A stretch of 64,000 nt of DNA from Trichosphaerium sp. ATCC 40318 (lineage: Eukaryota > Protista > Tubulinea): positions 682,001 to 746,000 of the forward strand of contig JALMLS010000064.1 in assembly GCA_038496445.1 (NCBI GenBank), written 5' to 3'. Of the stretch, positions 26,488 to 39,090 are shown one piece after another (positions within the stretch are counted from its first letter, which is position 1; the number at the start of each line of letters is the position of its first letter). The notes under the pieces were generated by a model. It was given only the letters and a program-made list of their open reading frames with translations, did no database searches and was not told the DNA's origin. Made by a program: the position numbers and the translations under genes.

Positions 26488-26901
26488 TTAAATTTTGTTT
26501 TCAAAAAAAAAACTTAATAAATCAATACGAAGAACAGCTAGGATCATAGTAGACACCGCAGTAAAGATGGAAACGTTGGAGGGAAGCATCAATAGCTCGC
26601 CTTGGTCCTTTACATGGGTGCCAGCACCCTTTTTACGCCAATCAAGAGATTTTGGAGCATCTTTGAGATTGTGATAGTGCAATCAAGTAAGAAATGCAGT
26701 TGGCGTACCAACTGCGCGCTCAGATGCATAACCTGGCTTTTCCAAGGCCTGTGAACCGTTGTATTTAAACCCGTTGTAGCTAGTCCTGATCTCTTCACCG
26801 GTAAGGTCAGCCCAGAAGTTCAAAGATACGTTGAATCCTGTTGCGATTGGGTCGTGGTTTTCAACAAACTTGCTGCTCTTCAGCATTTTGTTGCAAACCA
26901 C
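26488..26901 (-). pseudogene. Papain/cathepsin-L-like cysteine protease fragment, frameshifted and truncated
   Basis: I29 propeptide-like FNVSLNFWADLTGEEI in one frame and mature start APKSLDWRKKGAGTHVKDQG in another. No QCGSCWAF catalytic motif follows. Confidence 0.75.
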
Positions 26902-27348
26902 TAAGGTGGCATCGTAATAACAATACAGGCCTTTAATGAAGTAGGTCTTACATGTTAATTGCTGATGTTATGTTTATAGAACTTTCTTGCACTTTCATTT
27001 GACTTGTTGTAAGAAATTACTACGAGTCAATAAAGATAGTGAAGTAGTTATCTGTAAATGTTCTTTATGCTTTCTATGGAGACACTAAGTATCCAACATT
27101 GTCTATGCCACGTTGGGACGTACTAGTTACAAAATAAACAAATAAATCAATCGTGATTTCACGATACAACAAACAAGTGCTAACACCACTTATTGAAGTG
27201 GTAGTAGACGGCAAGATAGGAGAAAAAAAAAATACAAACAAGACAAATATTAGGGAGTTAAAGTACATTTTAATTATTTATCGACAAGTAGTTTACAGTT
27301 TTGGTTAATATTGACATTGGGTTTTTTTTTTCCTCTTTTTTTTTTCAT

Positions 27349-28239
27349 TTAAGCCGAAAGCTCTGGTACTGGTAGGCTAGCAAATGAAACTGTTTGATGT
27401 GTGATTGCAGGGAACGCACAAGAAGAAGGTTTGTCGACTGGTTGTGGTATTGGTGTTGAACAGTGAGAGAAAACGATGTTTTGAATAGGTTGTAGCTTCT
27501 TTTGTGTCTCTACCTTTACGCGTTTGCTTGGTCGTGTATTCGTTGTTGTGTCGCGTTTTCGCTTCTCGGAGGTATTAAATTTTGGGACTCTGTTTAGTAT
27601 CTGTTGTCGTGCTTGTTCGGCAGCTTCGATGAATGTAAGGAGTTGTTGGAACTTTGGGTTTGTCTGTGGTAAGCAAGATGCTACTGCTCGCTTTAAGATT
27701 GTTTGTATTTGCTTCTCGTTGGCGTATCGGGAAAGAGAATTGACGGCTGCTTGCATCTTTTCGTTCGAGCAACCTGGAAGGGAACTCCAATCTGCGAGGG
27801 TTTCTTGGAACTTGTTGATTGTCCAGCGGAGATTTGGTTTTTTAGCGCTGAATTGTTCCAAGCGAGACATGAATTTCATTAGAAACAAGGCCAATTTGTG
27901 GTTTTTCTTGTGTAATAGGTAATCATAAGCTGCGTCTGCGAGTGGAAGGCTTTTAACTGTGTTCATTGTAGAATTCGTCTGGCGGACATCTACTCTGTAT
28001 AACCACATTGTACGGAGCATCTGAGCGTATTTGCGTGTTTCGGCTGACTTTTGTGTTGTTGGTGCGAAGAACGACGAAATTTCAGAGCGTTGCGTCAATT
28101 CCAAACAAGCGAACCCAATCTTCCAAGAGTTACGTCCTACGATGAAAGGGATGCTTTTTAAAAGGAACTGGTGAAGAGCTCTGTAATATAAAGCAATATG
28201 GGAAGAAGAAGTGGATGTAGATGGTTGGGAAGTGTTCAT
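27349..28239 (-). CDS. Intronless 296-aa orphan protein with NLS-like basic motifs
   Basis: Long uninterrupted ORF with EKRKR and PSKRVK. No recognisable domain. Confidence 0.65.
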   Translation of the reverse strand: MNTSQPSTSTSSSHIALYYRALHQFLLKSIPFIVGRNSWKIGFACLELTQRSEISSFFAPTTQKSAETRKYAQMLRTMWLYRVDVRQTNSTMNTVKSLPLADAAYDYLLHKKNHKLALFLMKFMSRLEQFSAKKPNLRWTINKFQETLADWSSLPGCSNEKMQAAVNSLSRYANEKQIQTILKRAVASCLPQTNPKFQQLLTFIEAAEQARQQILNRVPKFNTSEKRKRDTTTNTRPSKRVKVETQKKLQPIQNIVFSHCSTPIPQPVDKPSSCAFPAITHQTVSFASLPVPELSA

Positions 28240-29021
28240 TGTTGGTATTGTAGTTTTTTTAGAGTTGTTGTGTCTCTTGTTCTACGTTTTGGGTCTGCCT
28301 TTTATAATTCTCAGTGAAGACAATTTCCTTGTTGAAATTTCAGTTAACAGAATTAAAGTTTTGTCACGCTTACCGAAAATCCGCGAAAATCGGTCATTGA
28401 ACTAGTGTCGCAACTTCAGTGTATGTCTTGTAACGATGTATAACGTGTATACCCGATGACATGTACGTTCACCCCATTACGACCCCAAAACCGAAGAAAA
28501 TTCACGGACTTGGCATACCCATAAAATTGTGTTTTTACGTTTACAGACCTCATTGATTGCGTGTTGCGTTTTCTTGTAGTAAACTAGAATGGGCGGTTAC
28601 CCAAACCGCTGTGACCTGAATTTTTGTGAATTTTATAAATAGTTTTAAGAACAACCAACACAATATTGTACCAACGCGTTTCGAGTATTTTTATCAAAAA
28701 GTAATTAGCTTTGCGGCATTACTTCCCTAAAACACTCGCGATAGGTTCTAACAGCGTAAACGACCTCGTTTGTAGTTTATTGGGTTGACATCATTACTAC
28801 CAGCTCAACGCCAACAAAACTTAACCTTCGCCACGTTTTTTCACGCTGAATACGCAACTATTCATGCGGAGTTCGTCATCTGTTGACACCCGTTACTCAA
28901 ATGCTTCTTCTTCTTTGAAGAGCCTGTCGTCACCTACCGTTCTACATTTTCACAAGTTTTTCACATCATGCTTAGGTTTGATAATACAACTGGCTATCTG
29001 CAGTTAATTTTATTTTACAGG

Positions 29022-29734
29022 TCATTGATCTTTACGTTTCTGACTACCTACACCAGCTTCTGAACGTAGCATATCTGATGAGATGGCATCATATTTAAGC
29101 CAGGTAGCTGCATCTTGGCGAAGCTCCGGCTTCTTAATGCCTAGCGCCTTTGCGACATCCTCTGTTTTGCCACCAGTGACACGCATTTTGGCAATGTTAA
29201 TTGCATGAACAAAACCTTTGCTCACAACTCTACAAAAAATTTAAGTCTCCCAATTGAAGGTGCGTAAACAACGAAGGGCCTTTGAACTCTATGTACCTTT
29301 GCTCTAGGATGAAGTGTTTTTCGTCCCATCCCAATAGACGCGTTTGAACGTCAAAGAACTGAAACAAGCCAAGTTCTCGGCGGAAACGCATAGTACTGTG
29401 AAAAGTCATTCATTTCACGCTGTCTAAATCTAAAACGCACCACGAGGAGTATACTAGATTCATCTTTAATTTGCGAACGTTTTGCCACAACTTTGTTGAT
29501 AGGACATGCTTCAGACGTCCATATTCTAGTGCTAGAAACCACCTGGAGTTATTCATGTGGATGTTGTAATCTAAATATCAATATAAGCGATTTAAACGCG
29601 TGAAATACGTTACCAAGATCCCATGGGAGTACTAGACTATGGAAATGAGCTGTGTCAAAGTACTTTAGTTTCTTGAAGTATGCTACGGCCATAATATACA
29701 AGTAAGTGAGGCCATACACCGCTAATAGAAACAT
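29022..29734 (-). CDS. THEM6: THEM6-like hot-dog-fold thioesterase
   Basis: N-terminal hydrophobic helix, VLPWDL(D)...HMNN, DVQTRLLGWDEKHFILEQ and FVHAINIAKMRV. Confidence 0.75.
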
Positions 29735-30024
29735 GACGCGTCAGAGCGGACTATAGCTAAAAAGGCTCCACTTAAAGTAAATTGATGAAAGTCAAATGTT
29801 AGATCTTCAGATTTTTTTAGCTTTCTAGGCGTACACGTAGTATTGTTTACAGTGCAAGAATATTTCCTCAAATCCACATCGAAACCAGATGTGGTATAGA
29901 CATTGGACACTCTTCCTACGCCGTCACACGCGTCAGTAGCTAAACGTGTAAGACAAATCAAACAACTGAAATTTCTGTTCTTGACAAGTGTTAAGTAAAA
30001 AACACAATTGCAAAAAACGCGGCA

Positions 30025-31022
30025 ATGACAGACTCTCAGCTTATATCCCAAATCAATAGTTTCAAGCTTCCTACAGCTTTACAGTCAGAACTTACAAAAC
30101 CGGTCTACTGCGTTGTCAAACAAGTGTTCAGTATGTCTAGCAGAAGAGGTTATGTACGTAACAGTACGAATAGCGCTTTTTAACACCCACAAGCCTGCAG
30201 ATGACCTAATCCGCATGCTCACGTACCCTGTGCCTAAAGAAAGCAGTCATGAGCGCACTACAGAAGAACTTGCTGAAGAACCTTTTGCCTTGTGTAAATT
30301 TTATTGTGCGCAATCCATTTTCTTCGTCACCTCTTCTTACGCACTTTAAGCATTGTTACGGCCAAACACTACAGTTCAACAATTTTTGGGGACAGAACAC
30401 TACAGATGTTCTCAACTGTATGACAATCCACGTGTTCGAATTATTACCATTTTCTACTCAATACTAGAAAAACTACAACCTGTGTTGAATGCTGATTGGA
30501 TGGCGTTGTACTTAATAGAGGATTACAAAGCCGGTATAAATGAGAAAGAAAACAAAGAAATGTAATTTAATCAATTAATAGGTAAAGTACTCCTTAAAGT
30601 TGCACACGTCGGTTCCCCGTCACGTGCAATGTTACCTTTAACTCTTGATTTTGCAAATCATAGTGCAACAAGCACTGTTGGGTTATATGGTAAGCCAAAA
30701 ATTATCAACGACGTAGATAAATATACAGGTAAGTGTAAAAAGATGTTGCAACTTCTGATTTGTTTTCTCTTTAGGTCAATACTACAAGCGTTCTGACAAA
30801 GTTAAAAGTAAAGTATCTTGGCCTATGATAAACAGTGAGGGAATCACCATTGGTGTACTCGATGTAGAGAGCCAGTACGCGCTTTAAATGACTTTATACG
30901 AATACTAATTATGAAACAAAAAAAGGAACAAGGATCATTTTGACGGAAAAAAAATTAGTGAAATATGCAACGATTGCTATTTGTTGGCTAAAAAAATAGA
31001 ACAATGGGACTGGGAAGAATAA
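30025..31022 (+). CDS. GAF-domain protein (fRMsr/YebR-like, bacterial-type)
   Basis: ADWMALYLIE, LLKVAHVGSPSRAMLPL, STVGLYGKPKIINDV, KVKSKVSWPMINSEGITIGVLDVES and HFD. Confidence 0.75.
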
Positions 31023-31252
31023 TTAAAGACTCAGTAAATACATAATAAACATCTCAGCTGCGTAAGAATTGGTGGAAATTCAATGCTTTAAAAAACTGTA
31101 TATTTCTCTTAGTTCCCAGCTGGAACTAATACCTTACTTCTAAAAGTGTACGTTGCAACTGGAAAACGCGAGATTACAGGCGCATAGTGCGAAACTTAAC
31201 GAAAGAAATGGTTCACTGACTGTAATTGTTAATTTTTATTTGATCAAGCAAT

Positions 31253-32406
31253 ATGGCCACAAGACCTAGAGCGCATTGGTTTTGGCATGTAAGAGATCAA
31301 GATTGGTCTCCTTTCAGTTTTGAGGATTCTTCTGCTATTGAAGCTTGCTATCAGCGTGCTATGCCCGCAACAAACATCATGGGTGGTAAATATCGTATTG
31401 ATATACCTAATCGCTTACAATTCAACACAACTACAAATTACAGACGTTCTATACTACGGTACGAGTTTATACTACAGCTAGCGTAGTGACTATACGAATT
31501 TTTTGTTGTTTACACGACCAAGCGGCACCTGGTTTATTCAAACGTACAATCAACGCTGGATGCCTCTTGGAGAAAGCGTGGCACATCATTTAGAAAGGTA
31601 CGAAGTTTATAAACCCACAAAGTCTCTAAAGGCAGCCTATAGCGCCTTCGCCTCCAACAAATTTAATCAAAAAGTACAACATGGCAGCGCGCACACGTAC
31701 AGCGTTATTCAACATAATGGCACGGGCTTTTTCTTTTCCGGAGGGCGTGGTCCAGAACGTCCTATACATCGAGGATACAATAGAATAGCAGATCCTGTCC
31801 AAACGTACGCTCCACACCTTTTTTTGATTAAATCTAAACTATCCAAGCCGTCACGTGCAACCCCAACAGCAATCACAACAACCACAACAACCACAACAAC
31901 CACAACGACTGCAACCACAACACCAACACCGCTCGCAATATCCACAGCACCAACAGCCAATACAGCAGCGGTCCCAACAACCACGACAGCCAATACAACC
32001 ACAACAACGACCACAACAACGACCACAACAGCGAACGCAACCACGACAACCGCAACAGCCACACCATACACATCCAACACAGCAACGAACGCAACCACGA
32101 CAACCACAACAGCCACAACAACAGCAGCCAAAGCAGCTTAGCCCAGCTGCTAAAAAACTACAAGGAATTGTAACAAAAGTTAAAGGCCTTACTGATAAAT
32201 TGAGGCCTCTTTTACAAATTCCTTCAGAGTCACTTACAAAAGAGCAAGATTATGCTTTACGAGAATGTGAGGAACATTTTACACGTTGTATGTTAGAGCT
32301 AGATGCTGTTAGTGGAAACGATAGTATCCGTCTTGGTAGAAAAGCGATAATCAAACATATCCAAAGCCAATGTACAGCAATAGATAAACATAGGAAGAGG
32401 ACATAA
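31253..32406 (+). CDS. Tandem WWE domains, Gln/Pro-rich linker and C-terminal BAG domain
   Basis: WWE1 HWFW...WSPFSFEDSSAIE...YRIDI...YRRSILR. WWE2 GTWFIQ...WMPLGESVAHHLE. BAG-like EEHFTRCMLELDAVSGNDSIRLGRKAIIKHIQ. Confidence 0.8.
31860..32135 (+). repeat. Imperfect (CAA/CCA)n low-complexity repeat encoding the PQQ linker
   Basis: Repeated cacaacaac units. This explains the overlapping poly-T and poly-V ORFs in other frames. Confidence 0.9.
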
Positions 32407-32754
32407 AAACACAAATTTCTTGTAGACGTACAACACCAAAGCAACTTTAATATTCCAAAGAAAATCAAAAAAAAATAAAAGTATTAAAGCTCACATTTAC
32501 GATTAATGTGCTGGCTAAACAGAGAGTGCTACACTCGAAACTGTACGTATAAGAAACTAAAATAAGACAGAGTCATGGAACCTGTTGTAAACAACTTTTT
32601 CAGTATCTTACGAAGTGCGAAATGCATATCTCTTTATATTCTTGCACATGACCAAAACGGGTTTCCTATTCGATTTACTAAAAAGCTGACGAAAGTCAAG
32701 TCAAGACAGTTATCTTTGACCAATACCAACAAACCAAATGATAAACTCACGACA

Positions 32755-34282
32755 ATGTTTCTACGTCGTAGTCTAATAACAAGGTACAGTAACACGTACA
32801 ACACAAAGGCTGTTGCACGTGCGCAAACAGCCTTAAAACAAAGGAGTTTTCGGATAAGCACAGTACTCAAAATGGACCAAAACTACGGGAGCTTCTCCGT
32901 CAGACAGCTTAAAAACTTGCTAGTATCACGCGGTGTTGATTTTCGCGATTGTGTTGAGAAAGGTGCAGTCATAATTACCGTTGTGATTACCATTGCGCTC
33001 GCTGTACTTCTTACCTCATTCCCAGCTGACTTAGTTAAACGCGCTGAGGAAACTAAAGATTTGGATGCTGGTACGCTTTACACGTATAGAATAAACGTAT
33101 TCTAAGCGAATTAGGAACGTTTCCGCCTCGTACAACTACATCAACGGTTGCTGGGCTAAAATGCGCTGAAATTACTAATTGCGCTTCTCCTGATGTCATA
33201 GCTGTAGTTCTACACGGGTACGAGCTATTCTCAGTTAATCATAACCACTCAAGCTACAAACACATAAAAAACCCTTCTAATGCGTTTAGATTTGGCGCCA
33301 ACAAGGAAGATTTAGCAAGCATAGGTACAAATCAATAAGTATTTTCAACCGGTACTAATGTCTCAAAAGGAAAACAAATACTGTCTCAGAGCTACTTCAA
33401 AACAAAGGTAAACCTCCATCATCAGTTATCCAACGTCACGTGACACAAAACTAAAATTTAAAACAACAGAGCTTGATGGTCTTTCCAGATGCTCCAATGG
33501 ATATGGGTAGCGGTAGCAGAGCGTGGTGGCATATTGGTAATACTACACAACTTCGTCTTTTTGTGTTATTTACTTTTTTTTTTGTTGTGCAGATATTCCT
33601 GCCATTTTTATGAAAATCATGCAAGGTCAGACCGAAGAGATGTTTGCTGAGATCCCAGAAGGTGCTCCACAAGCAAGTAAACAAGTTACTACATTGATAA
33701 AAGACTTGTGTAAACGTACAGGACTACCATTGAGCAAGTAAGACTTTTTCTTGTTATGCTTCAAGAATGGTTTTCATTAATAGATTTTTTTTTTAAAGGG
33801 TTGTTTTGGCAGGATTTTCCCAAGGTGCTATGCTAAGGTATGACTTTGCTTCATTTTTCTTTGGTTAACAGACAATTAGTACCGATGTTTCCCTACGTTT
33901 AGATGAGAATCTTGGCGGAGTATGCCTATTTTCAGGAATGCGTATGTCACCTCTTTTTTTTTTTTGAAAAGAAATCTACCTTCAATATTTTTTATCTAAA
34001 TTGTCGTGATCACCACTTTGCATTGCTTACTTTTGTTCTCCAGCTATTTGCAAGAATGAATGGAAAGACCTTGTTGGCAAACATAAAGACCTACGTGTTC
34101 TTCAAACACATGGTTCTGCCGATCCTGTCTTACCTTTTGAATTTGGTAAGAACCTTCAAGAATTACTCCAAAATGGCGGTATTTCTTCTCATGAGTTTGT
34201 AAAATTTGATGGACCTCATACAATTCCACAAGAAGGTGTTGCAAAGTTCCAACAAATGGTAAAGAATGTTGCATCAGAGTAA
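32755..34282 (+). CDS. Phospholipase/carboxylesterase (Abhydrolase_2, acyl-protein thioesterase-like) with N-terminal SAP/ARMET-C-like motif and presequence
   Basis: VVLHG(F)GAN, VFPDAP, GFSQGAML nucleophile elbow, THGSADPIL and FDGPHTIP. SVRQLKNLLVSRGVDFRDCVEK precedes the hydrolase domain. Confidence 0.88.
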
Positions 34283-34479
34283 CTTGTACCTCAAGTAAAA
34301 AAGAACTTGAGAAAATACTGCGCAGATTTTCTTTGAGCTGTTACATTGTAAATTTTTCAAAAGTTTTCTTTTGTAGCACGTGACACTTGCTAACGCTTAA
34401 CATGCTGAGGGTACGATTATTTTGATAAACAGTTGGCACATGTGCTCATACTGTGGTTTATTTATTTGATACAGGTGGT

Positions 34480-35968
34480 TCATAGTTCCCTTAAGTCGAA
34501 AAAGTCCACAGAAGATGCTGCGCTGATTTGCTTTTCAAAAGTTAAGAAAATAGTTGATTGATGATTTTGACGTACTTGTGCCAATTTTGGAGTCCATGAG
34601 CTTTTCAAGAACTTCTCCATAGCGTCATCAGAGAAAATACTAATAGTAGTTTGACTATGTATTACGAATACTGGATAATGCAAACGCTCGCTCGAGTCAT
34701 TGATCTATAATAGAACTTAATTTGTGAAAAAAAGAAAAAAGTTCTTACCCATTCAAGCAACCATAGAGGCTCCTCGTCATCAGCGTTTATGAATATAACC
34801 GGAGCAAGAATATTGCTTGTGGAAATCTATAGAGTGTTAGAATATCATAATACAAGATAAAAACACATACAAACTCAAGCTCATCGTTGTTATTTACTTG
34901 AATATGTTGCTAACAATAGACTTAGTATTTTGATCACAAAAAGTATGTGTTTGTACCGATCCTAGACGCTTTGCAATTGTTTCTGATAGTTTACGTGTTC
35001 TTTTAATTCCCTTTGAATTCCTTGCGGTAAATAATAGAACACGTTGTTTCTCCAAAGGACCTGAAAGATTCAAATTAATAAAAACCATCTCTTTTGAAAA
35101 ACCGCAAAGGGGTATGTTTTGTGTTTGGGTACCTGTCAATGCTTCTATTACGTCTGCTATCTTATCGTAACCAACTATAGGAGGCAATAATATCTCCAAA
35201 TCGTCCCTCATTTCAGTTTTGTTCATGTTATGTTCTGTGTATTGGTTGGATTCTCTTGGCGCTGTAGTCATTGCAGATACCATTACAAGAATAGCTAGTA
35301 GACCACATACTCGAAATCTGTATTTGTGATGAGCGCTAATAACACTACAACGCAGATTCTTTATCGTGAAATAGCTGGTTACTCTTTCTTTTGCCTCCTA
35401 ATCACACGTTACTAACTTCTGGTTTTCTTCATCAACTACGCTTACCTCTGATTCTTTCTTGAGTTTTGGTGCAAATTGCTTATCAGGCTGAGTGTCTGCT
35501 TTAGCGGCGGGAGCAGCGGCGGGAGCAGCGGCAAGTGTAACGTCAGGTTGGGTAATGGATGTAGCAGCGGGTTGAGCGATGGTTTCACCGGCGGGTGGAG
35601 CGGTGGGTTGACGCTAAAACAGATTTAGAACAAAGAATGTTGTTAAAGATGATTGATTTTTTTTCTTGTTAGATTGATTGTAAAAGCGTACTGATAGAAC
35701 TTTTGATAACTCTCTGAGCACTCTCTTTCGTTTACCAATAGACAATCCAAGTGTTTTAAGATCGTCATTTGATAGATCCTGGAGTGTAACACCATCAACA
35801 TCTTCGACTGAGAAGATATACGCTTCATCTTCAGTAAGCTTGCATTTATCCATTAACCAGCCTAGAACATCAGCGTGTGACCATTCTTCAACGCTAAGCT
35901 ATGGGGGGAATACCTGTGAGTAACTTATTGTTTATATTTTAGCGTACAGTGAGATATGCTGCTGACAT
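34480..35968 (-). CDS. SAM domain, Ala/Pro linker, TM helix and degenerate torsin/LAP1-like AAA domain (copy 1)
   Basis: SAM: EWSHADVLGWLMDKC...EDVDGVTLQDLSNDDLKTLGLSIGKRKRVLREL. C-terminal LPPIVGYDKIADVIEAL...RVLLFT...LSETIAKRL resembles the torsin fold with no Walker A. Confidence 0.7.
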
Positions 35969-36672
35969 CGTTGCAAATTTGAGTTTTGATTTTTTTCGCT
36001 TAGCATTTTCAATCAAAAAATAGTCACTTTTAGTCATCAAACTTTATTTTCAATGAATATGAAGTTTCGTTTAGTTATTGGTTTTCTAGTTTTTAATATG
36101 GTTTTCGACTCTTCAGTAATCTATGAAGTACATACACTTGCGCTATCTCATTGATGATTTGCTTTTCGGACGCTGTGAATATACTATCCACAGCAAATAA
36201 GTCATAAACTTCTGTTGCTTTTCTTTAACTTTTTACGGCCTCAATTTCCACTCTTGAGTAGCTTCCATTTTTCCTTTTGGTGGTCGTAAAAAATGTACGA
36301 ACTTTGTTGTTGATTCAAGCAGTCCATTGTGGCTGTCACAGGCCTTGTTGAGAGCGATAGTTTAATAAAGACTGTATTACAAGAGGCAAAGTTACATTAT
36401 GTCAAAGTTACTTCGTTGGCTTGAAAAGAAACGTTTGAATTGCACCTCCCATTTGTAATATATGGCCCCCCTTGTCCAATATAGAGTGTGTATACGTTTT
36501 GTAGCCTAGTGATTTACACTCCACGATGATTTGTTTACGAACATAGTAACACAAAAAAAAAGAACCCTCGCACATAATACTCACTAGCGCTTAATATGCT
36601 CAGGGTACAAGTACGATAAAATAGTTGGCACATGTGTTATACAATGGTTTATTTAATTTAATACAGGGTTGT

Positions 36673-38056
36673 TCATAGTGGCCTTAAGTTGAACTAGTCT
36701 AAAGAAACAGCAGCGCCAATATGCTGTTGAAAAAAGTTAAGAAAATGTTTACATGATTGATTTTGACGTACTTGTGTCAATTTTGGAGTCCATGAGCTTT
36801 TCAGAAACTCCTCTATATCATCGTCATAATAGAAAAGACCTTGATTAGTCTGACGATGTATTACGAATACTGGATAATACAAACGCTCCCTCGAGTCATT
36901 GATCTACAGAACTTAATTTGTGAAAAAAAAGAAAAAAGTTCTTACCCATTCAAGCAACCATAGAGGCTCCTCGTCATTGGCGTTTATGAGTATAACTGGC
37001 ATAGTAATAAACTTCCTGGATATCTGTAGATCGTTAGATTACGAACATATACAAATCACTTACAAAATAAAGCTCATCGCTGCTACCAACTTGAACAATT
37101 TGCTAAAAATAGAATAAGTACTTTGATCACAAAAAGGACTATGTGCTTGTACCGAACTTAGATGCATTGCAATTGTTTCTGATAGTTTACGTATTTGTTT
37201 ATTTCCTTGTACACTTGTTGAAGTAAACAATAGAACACGTTGTTTCTCCAAAGGACCTGAAAGATTCAATAAAAACAGCAAAGGAAAAAAATGTTGGGTA
37301 TGTTTCGTGTTTGGGTACCTGTCAATGCTTCTATTACATCTGCTATCTTATCGTAACCAACCATAGGAGGCAATAATGTCTTCATATCTTCCCTCATTTC
37401 AGTTTTGTTCATGCTACTCAGTGTGTATTCTGCGCCAGATTTTCTTCTTATTGATAGAGCTGTTGCCAATATACAAGCAGCCAGAAAAATACAAACTGGT
37501 TGAAAGCGTCTGTAAACGTCATGTGTACAAAATTTCTTTCTCATTTTGTTTAGTCTTTGAGCCATTGTTTTTGCGTCCTAAAGCATCGCGTTAATAACGA
37601 AGGTTTTCTTCCCGAACTACGCTTACCTCTGGTTTTAGCTCGTATCTAGGTATATATTGTACATGTGCATCTGTTGGAGCGGTGGGTGGACGCTAAAACA
37701 GATTTAGAACAAAGAACGTTGTAAAAGATGATTGGTTTTTTTTTCCTTTTTTGAATATAATTGATTGTGCAAAAGCGTACTGATAGAACTTTTGATAACT
37801 CTCTGAGCACTCTCTTTCGTTTACCAATAGACAATCCAAGTGTTTTAAGATCGTCATTTGATAGGTCCTGGAGTGTAACACCATCAACATCTTCAACTAC
37901 GAAAATTGACGCTTCGGCTTCAGTAAGCTTGCATTTATCCATTAACCAGCGTAGAACATCGGCATATGTCCATGTATCAACGTTACGCTATGGGAGAATA
38001 ACTATGAGTAACTTGTTGTGTATATTTTAGCATACAGTAAGATATGCTGCTGACAT
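36673..38056 (-). CDS. SAM, TM and degenerate torsin-like AAA protein (copy 2, tandem paralog)
   Basis: Near-identical SAM exon and same intron layout as 34480-35968, with a shorter linker. Confidence 0.7.
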
Positions 38057-38458
38057 CGTTGCAAATTTTAGTTTTGATTTTTTTTCGCTTAGCATTTTCT
38101 GTCGAAAAGTCAATTTTAGTATGCAGATTGAATTCGATTTGAATCAATCTTCTTTTCATCTACGGTTTTCAAGAGTTGAACGAGCGGTTGAGTAACCCAG
38201 CAATTATACCTTCGCAAATAACATCAATCAAATTCTAACGAATTAACTGAACTGTAAAGCGGAGAATGAAAAGAAAAAATCAATCAGTTTTTACAATTTC
38301 GCTCAAAATTCGATGGTCTACTTTGTGAATCCTCAGCGCTACTTTGTAAACTAAAAAAAACATAAAACACTTACGAATCGATACAAAAAGCCTTTCCGAA
38401 AGACACAACCAAAGGAATCCGGAATCAAGAGCTTCTTTTCTACAAAAAGAAAGTAACA

Positions 38459-38495
38459 TGAAACGTGAAACGTGAAACGTGATACGTGATACGCG
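38459..38495. repeat. Heptamer microsatellite (TGAAACG/TGATACG) x5
   Basis: tgaaacgtgaaacgtgaaacgtgatacgtgatacgcg. Confidence 0.9.
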
Positions 38496-38945
38496 AAAAA
38501 GCATGAAAACCGTTATCCTGTTCCCAGTATCCAACAACAAGCACAACACTTCATGAGGTATGTAAATTAAACAACAAGCTACTATTTTACAGTACTGACA
38601 CCCTGTCCTTGGAAATACATCTTCTACGTGGCCCAATACGAGTGACGCTCATGTTGAACGTATGACTCCGTGCGTAGTATGCGCAGCGGCTTGAACCGAA
38701 AGCACTATCAGCTAACCAAAACAAATCACCCGTTGTTTAGCTTGCTTCGTTTGATCTAAAGGAGATTTTCTTTATTTACACCTCGAGCTCTTTTATGAAC
38801 TTTGGTCGGTTAAGATTCTTGTATTGTGTGCGTTTTTGTTTGTTGGCCGGAGCGGAACACCGTGATCATCAAAATACTGACGCAACCAAAATACTGAAAT
38901 TCTTTTGAATTACTAAAGTTAAGGTTCTTGCTTTTTTGTTTGCTC

Positions 38946-39090
38946 GGAGCGGATAGCCTTCTCGCTCGTCTACAAAAAGTTATTGGTTTGAAATGAGAAT
39001 TTCTTTACGCACCTTTTAGGTGTTGGTCCTGCGCCTGCCCTTTTATTACCCTTTGTTGGAGCGGATAGCCTTCTCGCTCGTCTACAAAAA
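38946..39090. repeat. 33-bp perfect direct repeat (38946-38978 and 39058-39090), probably a duplicated minus-strand exon start
   Basis: ggagcggatagccttctcgctcgtctacaaaaa occurs twice. On the minus strand each copy reads ttttgtag|a-cga-gcg-aga-agg-cta-tcc-gct-cc (RARRLSAP). Confidence 0.85.

Larger units (their letters stand above)
34385..38120. repeat. Tandem segmental duplication (~34385-36030 and ~36580-38120)
   Basis: Long identical blocks including introns and both flanks, for example gatatgctgctgacatcgttgcaaatttt and agttggcacatgtg. Confidence 0.92.

Noticed and set aside
31709-32141. Poly-Thr, poly-Val and Leu/Trp ORFs
   Set aside because: Alternative-frame readings of the CAA-rich repeat. 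The Gln/Pro frame is the one continuous with the BAG domain.
38640-38760. GGTTCAAGCC B-box-like motif (minus strand) and small hairpin, possible tRNA/SINE
   Set aside because: I could not build a cloverleaf or find a convincing A-box.
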